Below, piece after piece: positions 58,783 through 64,000 of a stretch of 64,000 bases of DNA. Numbering within the stretch: the first letter of the stretch is position 1; each line of letters starts with the position of its first letter. The position numbers and the translations under genes were made by a program. The notes beneath the pieces are model-generated. The model saw only the letters and a program-made list of their open reading frames with translations, searched no databases and was not told the DNA's origin. This stretch comes from Streptosporangiaceae bacterium (GTDB taxonomy: Bacteria > Actinomycetota > Actinomycetes > Streptosporangiales > Streptosporangiaceae): positions 31,244 through 95,243 of the forward strand of contig DATJNX010000078.1 of assembly GCA_035507615.1 (NCBI GenBank), written 5' to 3'.

Positions 58783-60762
58783 TCACTCTTCCTCTCGGCC
58801 GGTGAGCGTCTCTGGGTTCGCGACTGCCGGAGCTTCGGGAGTCGCCGTTTCGGCGGTTCGGGATACTGCGGGCCGGGCTTCCGGGGGCGGGGGTTCTCCG
58901 GCCCCGGACTCTCCGGTACTGGCTTGATCAGTTGCGGTCGCTGCAGCGACTGTCAGGGCGGCCGGGACGGCGAGCCTGCCACGTTCCCGGTCATCAAAAT
59001 CATCTGGCCCGTCAACGGTGCCGTCGCCGATCCGGCTCGCCTGCACCGACCGGCCGTCGTGCTCGGCACGCAGCAGCCTGGTCAGTTCGGCAAACTCGGC
59101 ATCGAAGCCGCCAGCGGCATCCGAGCGGGCCAGCCCGCCTAGGCTGACCTGGGTGCCGCCGTCAGGGCCGGACACGGCCCGCACGAACACGCGACGCCGG
59201 CGGACCAGGAACGACAGGATCAGGCCGGCCAGGGCAGCAATTCCGGAGGCAAGCGCAGGCAACTGGCCGGGATCGTAGGTGATGGCCAGGCTCACCCACT
59301 GCTGATAGCCCAGGTAGGTGATGGTGCCGGCGCCCTCCGGCAGCTTCACCGACTGGCCGGCACTCAGCGGCCGCGGCGCGACCGGCAACCGCTTCAGCCC
59401 GCCGGTATCCAGCGTGTAGACCGACTGGGGCTCGCCGGAGTTCATGCCCAGGTTCCCCTTGAAGGCGACCAGGCTCACGCGCGGGTTGAGCGGTCCGGGA
59501 AAGACCGACTCAAGCTGGCCGTTGGCGCTTACGGCAGCGCTCGGCAGGAACACCCCGGCAAAGCCGAGCTGATAAGGCTGCGCGTCCGGCACCTTGACGA
59601 CGCCTTCGGAGGTGAGCGTGGTCTGCTGGACCGGGATGAACGGCACCGGACCGTCCCAAGCCACCTTGCCCGTGCCGTCGGTGACCTTGAAGATCGGCGC
59701 GTAGCCATGCCCGATCAGGTAAACGCTTACGTTGTCGACCACCAGCGGGTGATTGACCGTGAGCACGTAGTGCTTCACCGGGCCGCCGAGCTGCGGGCGG
59801 TAGCTCATCGCTGCGTCGTAAGTGATCGGCTGATCGAGCTGCGGGCCTGAGGTCACGTATTCGGCCCGGAAGCTCAGCAAGTTGATCGAGAACGGCTGCA
59901 GGTCACTCGGGCTCACCAGCCGGCCCGGGCGGAACACGTCCAGGTCCGTGGGCGTGTTGGCGAAGCCCTGGCCGACGATCAGCAGCCGGTTGGCCTTGTA
60001 TCCGAAGACCCCGCCGAGGCCGACCGAGAGCAGCAGCGCGAGCAGCGCGATGTGGAACAGCAAGTTGCCCACTTCGCGCAGGTACCCCTTCTCGGCCGAC
60101 ACCCAGCCATCGCCGCGGTGCAGCCGGAACCGGCGGCCGGCCAGCAGGCCCGCCGCCGAGTCAAGCGCGGCCGCCGGAGCGAGGTCGGTTGTGTAGGTCG
60201 CGCTCGCGGGCAGCCTGCCGAGGTTGCTGGGCGCGCGTGGCGGCTTCTGCCGGGCGGACCCGACCAGGCGGAACGTCCGCGGCAGCACGCAGCCGGCCAG
60301 CGACGCGAACAGCAGCAGGTAGATTGCCGCGAACCAGGGCGCCGAGAACACGTTGAACAGCGACAGCCGGTCCAGGATCGGTGCCAGCGACGGGTGCGAC
60401 TGGTAGTACTGCGTGACTGCGGACGGATCGATGCCCTCCTGCGGCAAGACCGACCCCGGCACGCTGGCCAGGGCTAGCAGGAACAGCAGGATCAGCGCCG
60501 TTCGCATGGAGGTTAGCTGGCGCCAGAACCAGCGCAGCCAGCCGACCGGACCGAGCCGCCCAGCATGAGGACGCACAGCCCGGGGACGACGCGCACGCGG
60601 ACGGCGCGCGCGATCGCCGGAGCCAGCGCCGGCGCCGGCGGGAGCGCCAGCCTCCGGCCCGGAGTCGGTAAGCCCGACGGGGTGCGCGAGATCAGGCCCG
60701 GCGGCGCGGATCTCTCCGCCCGAAGACACTCCCGTCATCGCATCACCCTTAGCAGCGGTCAT
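58783..60762 (-). CDS. resB: Cytochrome c biogenesis protein ResB/Ccs1, with low-complexity N- and C-terminal extensions
   Basis: LRWFWRQLTSMRTALILLFLLALASVPGSVLPQ is a typical ResB start. 659 aa. Operon context with resA/ccsB. Confidence 0.88.
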   Translation of the reverse strand: MTAAKGDAMTGVSSGGEIRAAGPDLAHPVGLTDSGPEAGAPAGAGAGSGDRARRPRARRPRAVRPHAGRLGPVGWLRWFWRQLTSMRTALILLFLLALASVPGSVLPQEGIDPSAVTQYYQSHPSLAPILDRLSLFNVFSAPWFAAIYLLLFASLAGCVLPRTFRLVGSARQKPPRAPSNLGRLPASATYTTDLAPAAALDSAAGLLAGRRFRLHRGDGWVSAEKGYLREVGNLLFHIALLALLLSVGLGGVFGYKANRLLIVGQGFANTPTDLDVFRPGRLVSPSDLQPFSINLLSFRAEYVTSGPQLDQPITYDAAMSYRPQLGGPVKHYVLTVNHPLVVDNVSVYLIGHGYAPIFKVTDGTGKVAWDGPVPFIPVQQTTLTSEGVVKVPDAQPYQLGFAGVFLPSAAVSANGQLESVFPGPLNPRVSLVAFKGNLGMNSGEPQSVYTLDTGGLKRLPVAPRPLSAGQSVKLPEGAGTITYLGYQQWVSLAITYDPGQLPALASGIAALAGLILSFLVRRRRVFVRAVSGPDGGTQVSLGGLARSDAAGGFDAEFAELTRLLRAEHDGRSVQASRIGDGTVDGPDDFDDRERGRLAVPAALTVAAATATDQASTGESGAGEPPPPEARPAVSRTAETATPEAPAVANPETLTGREEE

Positions 60763-61364
60763 GACTTCAGGCCGGCCACCTTAATCACTAGTTCCTTGAG
60801 CTCGGCATACGTGGAGGCACCGAAGATCCGGGCCGCGATCCGTCCGCTCCGGTCGATGATCAGCGTGGTCGGGATCGCCGCCGGCGGCACCGTGTCGTGG
60901 AACTCCAGCGCGATCTCGTCGTTGGGATCGTTCAGGCTCGGATAGCTGACGTTGAAATTCTGCATGAACGCGAGCGCCGCATCTGGCTCGTCGCGGATGT
61001 CGATGCCGACGAAGCGGACGTGGTCGGGCTCCAGCTGGCGGGCCAGGGTGCCGAGGGCCGGGGCTTCGGCGCGGCAGGGATCGCACCAGGAGCCCCAGAA
61101 GTTGAGCACGAGGGTATCGCCCTTGTAGGAGTCCAGGCTGAGCCGCTGACCGGTCAGTGTGGTCCCGGACACAGCGGGCATGTCCGGCCGGTGACCGACC
61201 TGGTAGAAGTTCGATTCGTAGCTGTGACCGACGAAGCTCTGGCCGTTGCTCTGCGGGACGTTCGCAGCGATCGCGCCGCCGTCGCATCCGGCCACCGCAA
61301 GTCCCGCGAGGGCGGCCACGGCAGCACCAATCGCGATACGAGCGGGAACGGGCAGCCGGGACAC
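60759..61364 (-). CDS. resA: TlpA/ResA-family thiol-disulfide oxidoreductase lipoprotein
   Basis: Lipobox VAGC and thioredoxin motif WGSWCDPC. Overlaps the resB start. Confidence 0.88.
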   Translation of the reverse strand: MSRLPVPARIAIGAAVAALAGLAVAGCDGGAIAANVPQSNGQSFVGHSYESNFYQVGHRPDMPAVSGTTLTGQRLSLDSYKGDTLVLNFWGSWCDPCRAEAPALGTLARQLEPDHVRFVGIDIRDEPDAALAFMQNFNVSYPSLNDPNDEIALEFHDTVPPAAIPTTLIIDRSGRIAARIFGASTYAELKELVIKVAGLKS

Positions 61365-61476
61365 TCGGATGATCTCCTACAGGCAGTAGTACCGGCCCCA
61401 TTGTGCCGGATTCCGCGCCGGCAGGTTACGCGGGGCCGGCGTTTGCGCTGGTTCTCAGTAGATGAAGAGGTAGCCC

Positions 61477-62145
61477 TCAGGCGCCGGCTACCTGCCGCCG
61501 GCCGTCCCCGGAAGGCGCCGCATAGCTCACTGAGGTCACCTTGCCGCCGGCGAAAGTCAGGCTGGTCACGCTGCCGAGCGCGCACTCGCGGCGCCTCGGG
61601 TCGTGCCACATCCGCCTGCCCTCGACGGCGCGCCTGGTGATCCAGATCGGCAGCTGGTGGCTGACGCAGACCGCCTCATGCCCGTCCGCGGCGACAGCGG
61701 CATCCCTGATCGCGGCCAGCATGCGAGCAGCTACCTCGCGGTACGGCTCGCCCCACGAGGGCCGGAACGGGTTCCGCAGGTAGATCCAGTGGCGCGGCTG
61801 CCGCAGCGCCCCGTCACCGACGCCGAACCGCATGCCTTCGAAGTGATTCCAGGGCTCGATCAGCCGGTCGTCGACGGCTGCCGTGAGCTCGAATTCCGCC
61901 GCGATCGGGTCCGCTGTCTCGCGCGCTCGCTCCAACGGCGATGAGCGCAGGACCGTCACATCCCGGCCGGCCAGGTAATCGGCCGCCTTCTTCGCCATCA
62001 GGCGGCCGGCCTCGGATAGCCGGTAGCCCGGCAGGCGGCCGTACAGCACGCCGTCCGGGTTCTCCACCTCGCCGTGCCGCACGAGATGGACGATTGCCGT
62101 CGTGCCCGCGGGCAGCATGCTCTGGTTGGCGCTCATTGCGGGCAC
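61477..62145 (-). CDS. Histidine phosphatase (phosphoglycerate mutase-like) family protein
   Basis: LVRHGEVENP (RHG motif) and later VSHQLPI. Confidence 0.85.
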   Translation of the reverse strand: MPAMSANQSMLPAGTTAIVHLVRHGEVENPDGVLYGRLPGYRLSEAGRLMAKKAADYLAGRDVTVLRSSPLERARETADPIAAEFELTAAVDDRLIEPWNHFEGMRFGVGDGALRQPRHWIYLRNPFRPSWGEPYREVAARMLAAIRDAAVAADGHEAVCVSHQLPIWITRRAVEGRRMWHDPRRRECALGSVTSLTFAGGKVTSVSYAAPSGDGRRQVAGA

Positions 62146-62265
62146 AGACTACCTGGGGGATGCCGCAGCTGGCGGGCGAGGCGACGAGCCCGCTACCGCT
62201 GGCTCTGAGACATCCTGGAACTGGCCACTGACCAGGCAGAACATGGCGAGGATAGGATCGATTGG

Positions 62266-63978
62266 GTGGTTGCGTTGCGGCAGCGACCTCGCGATGACCG
62301 GATCGCGGGGGAACAGGCGGCGCTACGGCGGGTGGCGACGCTCGTAGCTCAAGCCGCGCCGCCTGAGCGCGTGTTCGCTGCAGTCGCTGAGGAAGCCGGG
62401 CGGCTGCTGGGCGCCGACTACATGACGATGACCCGGTATGACCAGGACCGTGCCGGAACGGTCGTCGCCTCGTGGAGCAGGGCCGGCTCTGCCTTCCCGG
62501 TCGGCCTGCGGGCGAGGCTCGGCGGGCATGACCTGCAGACAACGATCCTCCAGACCGGCCGGACGGCGCGGATCGACGACTACGGTGACGCATCGGGTCC
62601 GATCGCGGATGCTGTGCGCGAGTTCGGATTCCGCGCCGCTGTTGGCGCGCCGGTCTCCGTCGAGGGCGGGCTGTGGGGCATCGTGATCGTGGGATCACGG
62701 GCTGGGCCGCTGCCGGACGAGACCGAAGAGCGGCTGGCCGGGTTCACCGAACTGGCCGCCACGGCGATTGCCAACGCTCAGGCCCGCATGGAACTTCGCA
62801 GGTTCGCCGAGGACCAAGCCGCGCTGCGGCGGGTGGCTACCTTGGTAGCGACCGCGGCATCGTCGGCCGATGTCCTCGCTGCAATCACCGAGGAAGCCGG
62901 GCGGCTGCTCAGCGCGGATCGCGCGACCATGAAGCGGTACCGCACCGACGGCTCAGCAAGCGTGGTTGCTACCTGGAGCAGCACCGGCCCAGCCGTCCCG
63001 GTCGATGTGCGCGAACAGCTTGGCGGGCAGGACATGCATACGCTGGTGTTCCAGACCGGCCGGGCGGCCAGGATCGACGATTACAGTGACGCATCGGGCC
63101 CGGTCGCCCAGGTCGTGCGCGAGCTAGGCGTGCGCGCAGCCGTGGGCGTGCCGGTCAGCGTCGAGGGGCGGCTGTGGGGCGTCATGATCGTGGCATCGAA
63201 GGCAGCGCCGCTGCCGGCAGGCACCGAGGCACGGCTGGCCGGGTTCACCGAACTGGCCGCCACCGCTATCGCCAACGCCGAGGCGAAGGCCGCCCTGACC
63301 GCCTCCCGGGCACGGATCGTCGCGACCGCTGATGCCACCCGCCGCCGCATCGAGCGCAACCTGCATGACGGCGCTCAGCAGCGCCTGGTCTCCCTCGCCC
63401 TGGCCCTGCGCGCCGCCGAGGCCGCCCTGGCGACCGGGTCCGGCGGAGTCGCGCAGCAGCTTGACGACGTGGCTGCCGGGCTGGACGGGGTACTAGACGA
63501 CCTGCGCGAGATCGCCCGCGGGCTGCACCCGGCCATCCTCGCCGACGGCGGCCTGCGCCCGGCACTGCGGACGCTGGCCCGCCGTTCCCCTGTCCGGGCC
63601 CGCCTCGACGTCGACGTTGACGGGCGGCTGCCCGAGCCGGTGGAGATCGCCGCCTACTACACCGTCGCCGAGGCACTGACCAACGCCGCTAAGCACGCTT
63701 GCGCGACCGTGGCGGACGTCGAGGTGGCCGAAGTCGAGAGCGTCCTGCACGTACGCGTCCGCGACGACGGCTGCGGCGGCGCTGACTTCAGCGGGTCCGG
63801 TCTCGTCGGGCTCAAGGACCGCGCCGAAGCTCTCGGCGGCCACCTCGATCTGCGCAGCCCGCCAGGAACCGGCACCACCGTAGATATGGATCTTCCCCTC
63901 AGTGATCCCGGCAGCCCGGAGCCGCGGCCCGGCGCCGCCGGCCCGGGCGAAGACGCCGGCCGGGACGGCTTCAGCTGA
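62266..63978 (+). CDS. Sensor histidine kinase with two tandem GAF domains, HisKA_3 dimerisation domain and HATPase_c
   Basis: The GAF module is duplicated (QAALRRVATLVA...GFTELAATAIANA x2). It also has the H-box ERNLHDGAQQRL and the N-box EALTNAAKHA. No TM segment is seen. Confidence 0.85.
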   Translation: MVALRQRPRDDRIAGEQAALRRVATLVAQAAPPERVFAAVAEEAGRLLGADYMTMTRYDQDRAGTVVASWSRAGSAFPVGLRARLGGHDLQTTILQTGRTARIDDYGDASGPIADAVREFGFRAAVGAPVSVEGGLWGIVIVGSRAGPLPDETEERLAGFTELAATAIANAQARMELRRFAEDQAALRRVATLVATAASSADVLAAITEEAGRLLSADRATMKRYRTDGSASVVATWSSTGPAVPVDVREQLGGQDMHTLVFQTGRAARIDDYSDASGPVAQVVRELGVRAAVGVPVSVEGRLWGVMIVASKAAPLPAGTEARLAGFTELAATAIANAEAKAALTASRARIVATADATRRRIERNLHDGAQQRLVSLALALRAAEAALATGSGGVAQQLDDVAAGLDGVLDDLREIARGLHPAILADGGLRPALRTLARRSPVRARLDVDVDGRLPEPVEIAAYYTVAEALTNAAKHACATVADVEVAEVESVLHVRVRDDGCGGADFSGSGLVGLKDRAEALGGHLDLRSPPGTGTTVDMDLPLSDPGSPEPRPGAAGPGEDAGRDGFS

Positions 63979-64000
63979 TCTCGATGTAGCGCTGCCGGTC

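Noticed and set aside
63971-64000. C-terminal end of a convergent minus-strand gene (...DRQRYIEIS*).
   Set aside because: Only 9 codons are visible, too little to call a product.

Overview
High-GC actinobacterial chromosomal segment, gene-dense and mostly core or catabolic, annotated by eye only (no searches run, all family calls need HMM/BLAST confirmation). No CRISPR array, transposase, integrase or prophage was seen.

Gene content, left to right:
- Lrp/AsnC regulator with hppD, then two RDD membrane paralogues, ilvA and a ROK kinase.
- A translationally coupled AAA+ (ChlI/MoxR-like) ATPase and vWA protein pair.
- A large aromatic-catabolism supercluster (10.5-31.4 kb). It holds an aldehyde dehydrogenase-pobA-MetE-like operon, a Liv-type ABC importer, a six-gene gal-like meta-cleavage operon, and an IclR-linked protocatechuate 3,4 (pca) operon containing a pcaB-pcaC fusion.
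- A PhyH-family dioxygenase, a secreted W-rich repeat protein, cbs/metB, a thiolase and a tRNA.
- The conserved block ppx-DUF501-ftsB-eno-mazG-mfd.
- A methyltransferase next to an ATP-sulfurylase-like/APS-kinase fusion, a DUF4229 gene and a bldC-like gene.
- An anthrax-lethal-factor-like (ATLF) zincin with a small partner gene.
- The resA-resB-ccsB cytochrome c maturation genes and a dual-GAF histidine kinase.

Most interesting observations:
1. The gal-like operon pairs GalB/GalC/GalD-type enzymes with a VOC-type extradiol dioxygenase instead of a LigB-type one.
2. The ATLF-like metalloprotease has the same His-to-Glu spacing as lethal factor and sits with a coupled 88-aa partner.
3. The 74-nt class-I tRNA has a UAA anticodon in an atypical CCUAAAA loop.
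4. PcaB is fused to PcaC, rather than the usual actinobacterial PcaD-PcaC fusion.
5. In-frame 15-bp tandem duplications recur inside otherwise conserved genes.
6. An 87-bp tandem repeat lies upstream of the bldC-like gene.
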